Shown piece by piece: positions 38,467-51,085 of a stretch of 64,000 nucleotides of DNA (the stretch's first letter is position 1; every line of letters starts with the position of its first letter). A program made the translations under genes and the position numbers. The notes beneath the pieces were generated by a model. It worked only from the letters and a program-made list of their open reading frames with translations. It was not told the DNA's origin and made no database searches. Origin of the DNA: Octopus bimaculoides (taxonomy: Eukaryota); the NCBI RefSeq assembly GCF_001194135.2, contig NC_068983.1, positions 109,814,709-109,878,708 of the forward strand. The letters run 5' to 3'.

Positions 38467-39239
38467 NNNNNNNNNGTCAGCTTATTGGATGTTCTTCTCT
38501 TGAACAATTAATTTTATGAATAAGTAAGGAATTATTGACATTTTTTTTTCTTTTTGTTTTGAATCAGTAGTGGTTGGGATGTCTGAGAAGGTAAAGTGTC
38601 AGACTAAATTCTTTTAATGAAACCTGGTCTTGTCAGATATTTTCTTTATATATTGGTCTGTAAGAACAGTTCTTGCTAATCCAAGTGCATTTGCTGATGG
38701 GGTGGTTACAGATTTTAACGGGAACTCTATACATTTCAACTATTTATCTACATTTTGCAGTAGCAGCAATGTGTGGATTAAATGTGTTGCAATATTTTGT
38801 TTAGTCTCTTTACTTTCTGAATTAAAATTCTGTCAACTTAACTTTACCTTTCATCTTTCCAGCTTCAACAAATAATTAGCTGTAAGGTACCGTCTCTGAT
38901 TCAATTAGATACACTCCTCTCCCAGATTCTGACTTCATGTTTATATCAAAAATCTTTTATTTAATTTTGAAATTATTTTATTAGATGACTTCCTCCATTG
39001 TAATGTATTTAGTCATTTTAAAAATAAACTAAGGTCATTATTTTTACAATATTTTTTTAAATATATATATTTTATGTTTACTTAAAAATGTAGCAATAAG
39101 TTTCCAAAATATATATGTTTTAACCATTATAGTGTGAAATTGCAATCACTCAGCTGAGAATCAGTAATCTGAAATAATTGGCATAACTTGTTAGAGAGAC
39201 TTTATCATAGCAGCAAAGTACATTTCATGTCTATTTCAG

Positions 39240-39314
39240 TTTGTGATCCCAAATGTGAACCTCACCAGTATGAAAACAGCAGATGTACAGGTCCACAGAA
39301 CCGAATATGTAGAG
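39240..39314 (+). CDS. Internal exon encoding the second half of a TNFR-type cysteine-rich domain (xCDPKCEPHQYENSRCTGPQNRICRx)
   Basis: Acceptor ATTTCATGTCTATTTCAG, donor GAG|GTAATT, 75 nt, phase 1-1. Spacing C-x3-C-x9-CT-x6-C matches TNFR/NGFR CRD modules (C-x2-C-x9-C-x7-C). Confidence 0.72.
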
Positions 39315-42300
39315 GTAATTCATGACACTCTCATGAGTGCTGACATCCCCCTGCCTGTCTCCTGGCCAATATACTTCAAACTAATGCACTTATTGACCAC
39401 CTAGCATATTTAGCTCTATTTTACCTCAACCTACTTACCTGTCTAATATTTGCTATTTTTTTTGAAGCTAACTTTCTCTGTTATTAAAAATATACATATA
39501 CTTACCTATTTGCTTGTAAATTTCTGGAGTTCTTTCCTCCCAATAATTCATCTTCCATCAACTTTCTTCTGCATATTTACAATAATCTTCTTCCATGCAA
39601 CCCAAGACATTACTCCTTTCAGAAAATTAAAAAGCATATTGAGAAAACAAATAATTTGCTATTCCAGACTGATATTTTGCTTAAACATCGGATATTGCTT
39701 CTCTTTTCTCTGATGCACGTCAAAACTGTAAATGTCATATCAGGATTATTCTCATTAAATATTAAAAATTTTCATTTTGACTTTCGTTAATTATAATTTT
39801 TCATCATCTGATTTAATGCTATCCATTTAAAATTTTGAAATTATATTTTCTTAACTTCTTATGATTACTTTATCAGATTATATTCAAAATGATATAATGC
39901 AATTTTCAAGCTTATAAGTGATTTTCATAGTTTTGTTTATGACTGCAGGTTATGAATAATGAGTTATGTTTAAAACATTATTCTCAATCTGAATATAATT
40001 ATGTCTTGTAACAATGCAATTTTATTTTAGGTATTTCACTAATATTAATTCATCAAAGAACTTATACAATTTTAGTTTTACTTTCATTAAATCCCAAAGG
40101 GAATTGATTAGTGTATCAGATTTTCTTTCATAAAAACAAGCATGAATTTTCTTTTTCTGCTTCGAAGCTGAAATTCAGATATAATGTACAAAACAGAAAT
40201 ATATGCAATAAATAATAAACTTATTTTCAAAGCGTATTAAAATTATGAACTGATCTTGAAATATGTAGCACCAAAATAATAAAATAATACTGAAATATGT
40301 TGCAGCAAAATGATAAATAGTGAAAGTATATGGTAGTAAAATGACATAATTTATTATGATAAAGTATATCAAAACTCTTCAACATTACTCATATGAGTTT
40401 CATGCAGTTTATAATCTCATTTAAACTTCACATTGGTATATATATTTTCTCAATATTCAAGCAAACTACCACAATCTAGATATGTATTTTCAAATACTCT
40501 ATACCCTATACTCTATACACGAATGTTCATAGATTATCAATATTAGCCTTGGCTTGAGTTTGTTTTCCATTTGGGGTTCTTTAGGACCTTAGGGCTCAGT
40601 GCCAAAACTAATAAATGGCTAATTTTATGCTAATGCATTTTAAGTCATTTCTGTGCTTGATTCTTTATTAGCAAATCTATTAAACTTATACAGTATATTT
40701 CTTAGTATGGGGAATCCTTGAATCCTTATATATTAAGGCAACCCTATGGAAAATTTACCTTTTAATAGAAAATGATTCGAGGATTTGGTATAATTAAGGT
40801 CTTGAGAAGAAATCCCTTATCGTTTTTTTTTTTTTTTTTTGACATCTGATAGGTCTAGCATTTTCCAGACTTTCCAAAGATAGTTTTACAATTTGTTTAA
40901 TCACTTCTAAAATTTAAGTTTATGAAAAATATTAATAAAGATACATAATATATTTAATGTAGAGAGTTTCCTAAGGCATGGAATATATTTTGTATGTTCT
41001 TCATGAGTAAAATGTTGGAAAATACTAGTTTCTGCCATTGCCTACTGAAACTTATTTGAGGTTATCTGAAGTTTTAGAATTTTATTCTATATAACATTCA
41101 TGTTCATTAATACTGGGTCTCTTATATCAGTTTTTGTTCAGTTACATGAATGGCTAAATGTTATGTGATTAATCATGTTACTTCAGCTGTTTTTTAGCTT
41201 CGTTTGTTGAAAACATTGATTTCTTTGTTGAAAAATGTCTGCTTCAACAAGACTTAAAGTATTGAGAAATTATTTTCAATAGGTTTACTTGAAAATATCA
41301 GAGAAAACTGTTACTTTGATACTAACCACTTGCTGTGACTTACAATGTATGTTTTGAAGAAGTAATGTGTAGTGTTGTATTTTTCATTTCATCAGATAAA
41401 TTACTGTATCATACATTATTATAAAACTTGAACACCTCAAATCCTAGAATATTGTCATTTGTATTCATAGATTATTAAGTTAATATTAGCCAACTGAATT
41501 AAATGATTGTAAATAGTACTGAATGAAAAAATAGTAAGGGAAATTTTAAATGTGTTTAATCTAGAGATTCTAATTTTCAATAATTTCATTTGAAAGTTAA
41601 TCTTATGCAAACATTATAAATTTATTTTACTTCAGTACTTTTATAGCATCATCAGTAAATATTTAAACCTGGATTTAAATTTAATCATCTAAAAACAAAG
41701 AAAAATAGTTCTTATTGCATTGAAAATGTCAATTCTGATGCCTTGTTCTATATTATAATTTTGATGTGCTTCAAGTATACTGAATACTTTTTATTTGAAT
41801 GAATATTTTTAATTGCATGGGTTATAATTCTCCATAACTTTTCTCAATGGTTATTATTCATTTTAAAACATCTTATACACTAATCTTACCTTTCCTAACT
41901 CCTTTTTGCTATTTATTACAGATGATTTTTGAGATAAACATTGTTTATCTAAAATTCTTCAAGTATTCTTTAGAATTAAAAGCACATTTCAGTATAGGAT
42001 CCTTTCACATTTATGTTTTGAATTTTCTCTGATGATGATAAAAGCATATTTTTCATAGAACCAAATATTTATATTTTACATAATTTCTCTTATATAAATT
42101 ATCCATGAAATCTCCTAAAGTCTAATTTAAAGTTCTGTCAGCAAACTATTCAACTTATAATTTAATTACATATATATGATAGCACTTGTAGAAGGAAGGG
42201 AGGTGGAGCTGGTTTACATAATAGCATAAAAGATTGCCTATTTCACTGGCATTTAACTTCTTTTAACTCAGAGTACTGGTGCTCACTATAATTGATCAGT

Positions 42301-42859
42301 TATTTGTTAGCTTAAACTGCTGAGCTCAAATACTTTCAGAAACGATTTTGCCATGTTGATTTACCTCCTGAGAGCAATTAATATGTTGTGCACACTGAAC
42401 ATACATTACAAAAAAAAAAAGAAAAAGTTGCTGGCTTCACAGTTCACAATGAAATACATATAAATTTTTAAAAATTAGAACTTTGAAGAAATCTTATTGT
42501 ATATCGTTTGGAAACCAAATAATAATTAGTGAAACTATTTTTATGGTAAGCATCTATAAAAAGAAAGTCATTATTTTGAATTTTTTTAACAATTGTTAAT
42601 CACTAATTGAGAAATTATGTAAAACATCTCTAATTTCAGATTTGTTATGTAGCACCAGAAAATTTTTGAATTGCGCAATTTTTGTACTAATATTTTCTCT
42701 CCCCCCATCTCTTTCTCTGTCTTACATACACACGTGTGTGTGTGTGTGTGTGTGTGTAATAAAAAGAGACAAATAGAGCTTAAATTTGCAGCAATTGTTT
42801 CATTAAAAATCGTTATTTAATTTGATCATAATAGATTGCATCATAGATTACATAGATTT

Positions 42860-42962
42860 CCAAAACTCATCAGGGTAACTTAAATATAGTGAAATATAAC
42901 TATTGGAATTCCAATACTGGAATACTAGTTCACTATATTTAAATGAGCTTGATGAGTTTTGG
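42860..42962. repeat. 103-bp inverted repeat (34-bp arms) with an internal 16-bp palindrome
   Basis: CCAAAACTCATCAGGGTAACTTAAATATAGTGAA / TTCACTATATTTAAATGAGCTTGATGAGTTTTGG, with central TATTGGAATTCCAATA. Confidence 0.85.
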
Positions 42963-43341
42963 AGACATGCATAATGTATGATGCAATCTATTATGACTAT
43001 ATTAAATAAAGATTTCTTATGAAACAATAGTTGCAAATTCAAACTCCATCTGTTTTTATAATATTTCTGCTATACTATGAATTCACCCACCAATCGGCTC
43101 ATCCGTAAATAACTGGAACTGAAAATTACCCAAGAGTAGCATCCAGTTCTGCATAATTTGTACTCATGACATTGGACTTTATACTGTCTGCTCTGTGTGA
43201 TTCTTCTAATCACTTGTGGGTATTTTATATGTCAGTGTTGGTTCCTAATAAATCCTTTTTAACTGAATATATATATATAATGAGCAAGATAGCTAGTTCT
43301 AAAATCTCTAAACAAGATATATGTAGTTACAATACTAGACA

Positions 43342-43649
43342 GTAATGTTTTTTTGCCACTATGACATGGTTGTTCTATAAAGAACTATATTACTACATTT
43401 TTACCCCAGGAAAACATCTTTTTCAGCTGGTCAACAACAACGTGTGTCCGATATATTGTGAGTAAGGGAAGAAATCACTCCCCTCCAATCTTGCCAAGCT
43501 GAAGGGGAGTGAACCACTCCCTTACTCACAATATATCGGATACAGGTTGTGTGTCACTGATCAGCTGGAAAAGCTTTTTTCCTGGGGTTAAAATTTAGTA
43601 ACATAGTTCTTTATTGAACAGCCATGTTATAGTGGCAAAAGAATCTTAC
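43342..43649. repeat. 308-bp fold-back palindrome (about 145-bp arms, about 12-nt loop), probable MITE
   Basis: Arms pair from GTAA..TTTTGCCACTAT through to TCACTCCCC. Perfect 23-bp core 43447-43469 / 43518-43540. No TSD identified. Confidence 0.9.
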
Positions 43650-43650
43650 C

Positions 43651-43711
<61 letters not shown>

Positions 43712-43714
43712 ATA

Positions 43715-43950
43715 AACTGATTGGCATTAGGAAGGGTATCCACCTGTGGAAACCATGCTGTAACAGGCCTTGCTGGTGTTGGTGCCACATAAAAGGCAAC
43801 CTATCTACTCTGCAAAGTAGTTGGTATTAGGAAGAGTATCAAGCTGTAAAAAACCATATCAAAACAAACATAGGAGCTTGAAGCACTCCTCTGGCTTGTC
43901 AACTCCTGCACAAACTGTGCAACCCATGTCAACATGGAAGACAGGCATTA
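43715..43950 (+). mobile_element. RTE-tail retroposon copy (older)
   Basis: TTGGCATTAGGAAGGG duplicated units and tail AACCCATGTCAACATGGAAG..TTAAATAATGATGATG. Confidence 0.75.
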
Positions 43951-44003
43951 AATAATGATGATGATGATATATATATATGTATATACATATATATATATAT
44001 ATA

Positions 44004-44547
44004 TCATCATCATCATCATCGTTGTCGTTTAACGTCCGCTTTCCATGCTAGCATGGGTTGAACGATTTGACTGAGGACTGGCAAGCCAGCAGTCTGCACC
44101 AGGCTCCAATCTGATCTGGCAGAGTTTCTACAGCTGGATGCCCTTCCTAACGCCAACCACTCCGAGAGTGTAGTGGGTGTTTTTACGTGTCACCGGCACG
44201 AGGGTCAGTCACACGGTACTGGCAATGACCACGCTCAAAAAGGTATTTTTTACGTGCCACCTGCATGGGAGCCAGTCCAGCAGCACTGGCAACGATCTCG
44301 CTCGAATGATTTTCTAATGTGCCACCAGCACAAGTGCTAGAAGGCGTCGCTGGTAACAATTCTGCTCAAATCGTGCTATTTACAGGCCACTAGCACGGAA
44401 GCCAGACAGCTGCTCTGGCAATGAACATGCTCAGACAGTGCTGTTAGTGCTCCACTGGCACAGGTGCCAGTCATCAAGTATGGTTCAATTACGATTTCAA
44501 TTTCATTTGCCCCAACAGGTCTTCGCAAGTAGAAGGCGCGGACATGG
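44004..44547 (-). mobile_element. RTE-tail retroposon copy (young), runs into a gap
   Basis: (CAT)n-TTTAACGTCCGCTTTCCATGCTAGCATGGGTTG... with CACTGGCA subrepeats. Tail-to-tail with 43715-43950. Confidence 0.85.
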
Positions 44548-45569
44548 NNNNNNNNNNNNNNNNNNNNNNNNNNNNNNNNNNNNNNNNNNNNNNNNNNNNN
44601 NNNNNNNNNNNNNNNNNNNNNNNNNNNNNNNNNNNNNNNNNNNNNNNNNNNNNNNNNNNNNNNNNNNNNNNNNNNNNNNNNNNNNNNNNNNNNNNNNNNN
44701 NNNNNNNNNNNNNNNNNNNNNNNNNNNNNNNNNNNNNNNNNNNNNNNNNNNNNNNNNNNNNNNNNNNNNNNNNTATATATATATATATATATATATTATT
44801 TTGAAGCACTTTTAAGGGTGTTAGCTGAGTAATTATTGTTGATGCTACACTTATACTGAGAGATTAAGTAGTTGAACATGTTGATAGGCAACACTTAGAG
44901 TTTCAGTCAACTTGATATTCACAAATGCTCAGAAACACAAAGTTAGTAACTCTCATCAAGGACAGGAGAGACAAGATCAAGAAAATAAGAATTAATTTAT
45001 CATAGTTCATTTACATGCTCAGAGGAAAGAAAATAGAATCTTTGTTTGCAATCAAGGAGCAGCTATTGACAAATTTTCAATCTATTAGAGTTCATCAGCA
45101 TTATATAGTCTACTCTAGTCTGCTTGAATTTCGTATAGAGAGAAGAGTTAATAATAATTGTTATCCTGTTCAACTTGTTTATTTAAAAATAATGTTAAGT
45201 GAAGGAAATATCTGAAATGGTTTAATGGCATGAATTTGAATTAGTTGACTGAAGCAGTGAATGCCATATGCAATAAAGTTTTCATTTGAAATTTCAATCA
45301 AATTTAGAGAAAACAAGCATAACCTAACAGCATTTCTGAGAAGTGAGGAGATAATTTTGAGAAATCAAATATCGCTCAAAGTTGATTTCCATCCTTTGTT
45401 TGCTAGCATTTTTGTATATTTTTCTTTTCATATGGTTTTCAGTACTTTCTGTCCTGATTTAATTATCCAAATTCATATCTTTAACCCTTTGATTATGCAA
45501 TTTAACAGACCAAGCAATATTTTTGCCTCTTTTTAAATTAAAAATTTTTGTGAACTGATCAAGCAGTCT

Positions 45570-45855
45570 TTAGTATGGCCTGGTGGTTAGGGTGTTGCAT
45601 TTAAAGTCAAGAGATCATGGTTTCAATTCCTAGATCAGGTGATATGTTGCGTTCTTGAGCAAATCACATAATTTCACATTGCCCTGCAATCATTTCAACA
45701 CCTGACACATGATACACCATGCATTTGTTCAGAAAACGTTGATTTGATGGAGGGAGTGAGCTAATGTATAGCGCATACATTTGATCACTATAAACAAATC
45801 ATTTGTGCTGATCATTTGGCAAAAGCTGAACACTCATATGTCGTCTTTGATGGGA
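45570..45855 (+). mobile_element. tRNA-derived SINE (family C)
   Basis: A-box-like TGGCCTGGTGGTTAGGG, B-box-like GGTTTCAATTCC, followed by GTTCTTGAGCAAA. Confidence 0.55.
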
Positions 45856-48800
45856 AAGTCCATCATCTATCACTGATGAAGTTTGACTAATTGAATAAAA
45901 TCCATTGTAGTCCACTGCTTGCAAACATAGGCCAAACTTACATTCCCCTAAAATTATAAGTTTATTGTGAGAAATTAAATTTCAATTTCCTGCAATTATC
46001 TTCATTTGAATTTTTTTAATCAACAGCAGCATTCATCCTATTTTTCTGGACTGCCATGTTAGTTTGGCGATAACTGTTAATACCCAATACTGCTGCCGTT
46101 GTCTCCTTTAGAGAGATTTAGAAATAATATTTTTATTTTTGAAAACGAGTAGATGTGTTCCACTGAATATATATAAACCTTCAAACAGACAGTCAACAGC
46201 AACACCTGCTGCATTCAACTACTTCACATTGATAAGAGAAAAATACCCCAAAACTGGTCTGTGGATGTTTGAACCAGCATGGGCAAGCTGATGAATGCCC
46301 CTGTTCAGAGGTTGTAATGGACACAGGTTTGTGTGTCACATAGCTAGCTAGAGGCGATGGCCTCTTGGAGTTAATCAATGGCAGCATTTGTCCTATTTTT
46401 CTGGACTGCCATGTTAGCTTAGCGATGACTATTAATAATTTTTTTTTATTATTTTATTTTATTGGGAATTGCTAACAGTTGCTACTCAAGAAAGAAGTTT
46501 CAGTTAAATGGAAATAGAGTAAATTCAAATGTCACCTCTTAACTTACCTAGCAAAATTCATGTTAATCTATTTGAATTATTTCCTTTACTTCATATTACT
46601 ATTAGNNNNNNNNNNATATAGTCACATTACATCTTATTACAGTTTTAGCACTTTCTTTCAAATCTTGTCACTTGCCAAACAAATACAACTTTAGGCAAGA
46701 CAAAGCATATTGACTAAATTATTGAAAGCATACATTTAGAAAAGAAGACATGTTAAGCAATATTTTAGCTAAAACATCTTTTGAACTCTGTTTTCACAAT
46801 TTTATTTTATCCCTAAAATATCAGATATTTAAATATTTTATCCATTAATAATATTCCCTTTTAAAATATGTTTCATTCATTAACTGTTATGATTATTAGA
46901 GAGTTGAAATAATTAATTCAATGTATTATATTTAATAGTTATATCATATTAGTCATGATTAATATTCATCTTAAATATTTTCTAAAAATTAAACTTTGAG
47001 CTGTCTTGCTATATAGTTTTGTGTATACCTTCTAAATAGACATAGCTCCTTTATCACAAACATTAGTTTCTTACATAAATATACTAAATACATCATACAT
47101 TTTGAAACTGTTTGTATGTAATTTAGGCCATTATTCTTAGAATCCAATGGCTTGTTGGAATACCACAGCAAGCAAATGAAATATTTATTGATTATGCAGT
47201 ACTTATCCTGATTACAGAAGCTATTTTGTACCTAAACATAGTTCATAGTTATAGCAAGAATTAAGTGAATGGCTTATAATACACTTGCATCAAATATGTA
47301 TGATTTCTTAACTAATACTTCACTATGACCTGGAAAAAATTCATTTTTTTTTTATGGAATATGATTTGTTAACAGATTTATTGAATAGAAATTGAATTTT
47401 CTTGGATCATCAAAATAAGAAAAATAAGTCAGTCCATGTACAAAAAGTATTTTTTCAGGTGATTCTGAAAATGTGACTAATAATCATATTATGGAACAAA
47501 AAAAAAATATAAATAGAAAGCTCCTGAATGTAGTAGATCTCAGGAACAATAGTATTTGTATTGATAATGATTTGTAGATTTTATGTTTAATATTTAGTAT
47601 TAAACATATTAGCTAAAATTATGCATTCTATACATTATATTTATTTTATATTATCTTGAATTACAATACTCTAAAATTACAAAAATTCATCTTCAAATTT
47701 TATTCAAATTACGATGGAAAAGATGAATTTGAGTAAAATGATGTAAAAGAATACCCCCACCCCCACCCTTAGGTATATCAGTTATTTAAGAAAACATGAT
47801 ACCCGGTAGTAACATTGATTACTCATGTGCATTGTCTAACTATAAGAAATATGTTTTCATTTTTATTATTTGTAACCAAGATTAAGATTTAGAATTCAAC
47901 AAAAAGAATTTTTTTAAATATAACTCTGAATTTCAATAGAAATTTATGAATTTTCTGTTATATGTTATCTATATTTTCGTGTTTCTACTTACTTTTACTG
48001 TGAATCATTATTGGTTCTGCATTTAAAATTTAACTATGCTAACTTCATTGCTTAATTTCAGATTCTAATAAAGTGTATTTCTTTTAGATGATTGAGAATT
48101 GGATATTGAGTCCTTCAGAAGATTTTCTTTTTATAAATTTTTCTATATACTGCAGCATATTTGGTCAATGTAAAAAATTTTAAATATACATTACAATGTG
48201 AATATTACGTTAATTTTTGTTTGCATGACATTCCAAAACACTGATTTTTCTTACTGAGTTACTCTAGACGATTGGATATGCATACTATTTATCAATTAAT
48301 TATGTCTATCATATTAAAAAGATAGGAAATATTAATGAGAACGTATTTTAGTGGGTGTACCTTTTTCATATTGGAATGATGGTAATGATAATGTTCTATT
48401 ACCTTATCTGAAGTTTCTCAGTTAATTACTCCTTGATTCTGTTTTGAAGGATTCACTGTTTCCATAAGCAAATTCTGAAGAAAAAAGGGAAACTATCTTC
48501 ATTATTTTTGTTTTTCGAAATCCAATAAAACTTTTTTTTCTATTCTAGGTGGTGATTGATAGATTTATGACTATGATCATATCTAAAAGTTTTAAATTTT
48601 TCTGTTTCAAATATAATTGTTCTAATTGATGTATAAATTACATTTAATTTTTCCTCATTTGAAAGTATTACCTCATTCTTTTGTTATTAATGTATTATTA
48701 TCTAATCTATTTTATATGTGTTGCACATGAACACAGCTAACCACTGAGAGGGGGAAATTATTGATATTAATGACATTTATCTATGTGAATTAAAATTACT

Positions 48801-49107
48801 ATTTTACAGTTAAATATTGATTTTATTTTAATATTTTGCTTCTATAAACAAATTATAAAATGTGTGTGCATGTGTATTGAAATTTATTTATCACTGCACA
48901 CACATTCTTAAGATTAGTTATAAACTGAGCGAAATAGAACTCAAAACAAAGCAGGATATCTACTACACTTATAGTCAAAAAGTTATATCATAGACTTGAG
49001 GGTTTAACTCTTGACTGTTCAGTCATTGATGCAGCTTCTTGACTATATATGTGTGTGTTTGTTTGCCTCTGCTAAATATTAATAACATATCTATCTATCT
49101 ATCTATC

Positions 49108-49149
<42 letters not shown>

Positions 49150-51085
49150 CGTTTTGAGTTCTATTTTTCCTGTTTGCACTGCCAAATGTATATATGTANN
49201 NNNNNNNNNNNNNNNNNNNNNNNNNNNNNNNNNNNTATATATATACTGAAACTATATCATCATCATCATTGTTTAACATCCAGCATGGAAAGCGGACGTT
49301 AAACAACGATGATGATGATATAATTTCAGTAGGGTATATAATACCACTTGCTAAAATCAGAGCCAAGGCTCCAAAACCATCAGAAAATCACGATAAAGAT
49401 ACATAGAGTGAGAGAGAGAGAGAGAGAGATAGAGAGAGAGAGAGAATATATTGATACTGGTATCAATATATTCTACGTATATTTTAACTCTTAAAAGTCT
49501 TGTAGCTCTTTATATAAATCTACTAATGCTGTTGGATGGCATTTCCTAAAGCCGACGATGATGATGATATTATAATTATCGGTATACATTGTGATTGGGA
49601 ATTTAAGTAGTTGTTATTGAGTTTACTTGTTTTGTCACATTCTAGGTAGGTTGAATTCAGGTAAGTTGATTGCACATAGGTGTTTACACATATATTTACA
49701 AGTTATCAGTCCCTGGGTATCAGTTTTCTGTCTCAAAGCTGAATTAGAAGTCCAGTTAATCTCTGTAACTTGGAAACTGCATAACTGCTTTCAGAAAATG
49801 CTATTCTCAGATATATGCTCATTTCTTCCATTTAAAGTTTTCGTTTGAGCCAAGAAATAACTGTTATTTTCTCATATTAGAATAATTACCTTCTTCTCGT
49901 AAACCACCTTACTATACTGAAACCTTGCATTTAAAATATATCAGTAAATTGTCTTTTATCCTTGCCATAATAAAGCTTAGATGCAATATTGACTGTGTGA
50001 TAACTCCATACTTGCTCATAGTCTATAAACTCAAGTAATATTTTGGTAGACAGTGTGTACAGATGTCACTGAAATGTCACTCTAATCATTCTCTGTAGAT
50101 CCAAGCCTTCTTTCTCTAATTGATGCATCAATAGATAAGACATACAACATTAATAAATAATGTCACTGAGTTCTAACTTATTGCTTGAAGGGAGAAAAAT
50201 CCATAAATTTAGTTGATAAAATGCATAAAGAAATAAATGTATATGGAGCAAACAGTAAGTCTTTTGACAGAATGTTATTTATAAATAATTTTGTTTCTCC
50301 CACAGAAGTGTACTTTGTTCCACTTTTCAACAACACTGTTTGAATTTCAGTTCCATGTGGTTCAGGACTCAGTGATAATTGTGGTTACTTGCAATATAAG
50401 ACTTAAAAAGTTAAATCATTAATTTGTTGTTCAAAAATGTTTGAAAAGTACTTTATTTCAATCTATGCTTACGAACTTACAAGTTTATTAACTATAATAA
50501 TTAATAGGCTTAGAATATTTTCATTGAAAATACTAAATGCAAATATATAGTTTCTTTTTTTAAATTCAACAGAGAAATTTCTTAAATGACAGTTATACCT
50601 TTTTTAAAACATAAAACATAAACAAATAACTTTTTAAATGAAAAGAATCTTTTTTTTTTTTTTTTTTCCTCAGAAAGCTAAATAAAAATCTTAAATAAAA
50701 AGTACATGTAAAATTATTTTTTACTTTAAAAAATAGATTTTTGTCAAACAAAGACTATGCAATGAACTCTCTGCATGGCTTAATCTCAGTTTTGTAAGAT
50801 ATAATCTGTCTGCAGTAAAAGCTGTCTCTCTAAACTTGTAGATGTAATGGAGAGTAAGTTTTCTGTTCTTTTAAATAATGTTTCAAAACACTTTAATTCT
50901 TTGTTGGCCTCAAAAGAAGTAAGAAGATTCATTAACAAATGGATAGTACCGCTATTGCTTTCAAATATTCTGCAATCAGAAGATGGTCACTTTGAAATTG
51001 TTGTTCTTTAACTTCTAATTTTGTCAGATGTTTATAGAAACCAGAATTAGATGTTTCTTCATTAGCGTTTTGAATTTCATGCTTA

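Noticed and set aside
38568-38590. 23-nt micro-exon candidate (strong polypyrimidine tract, CAG/TAG tandem acceptor, AAG|GTAAAG)
   Set aside because: No open reading ends in phase 1 to join the TNFR-type exon at 39240, and it cannot be supported without RNA data.
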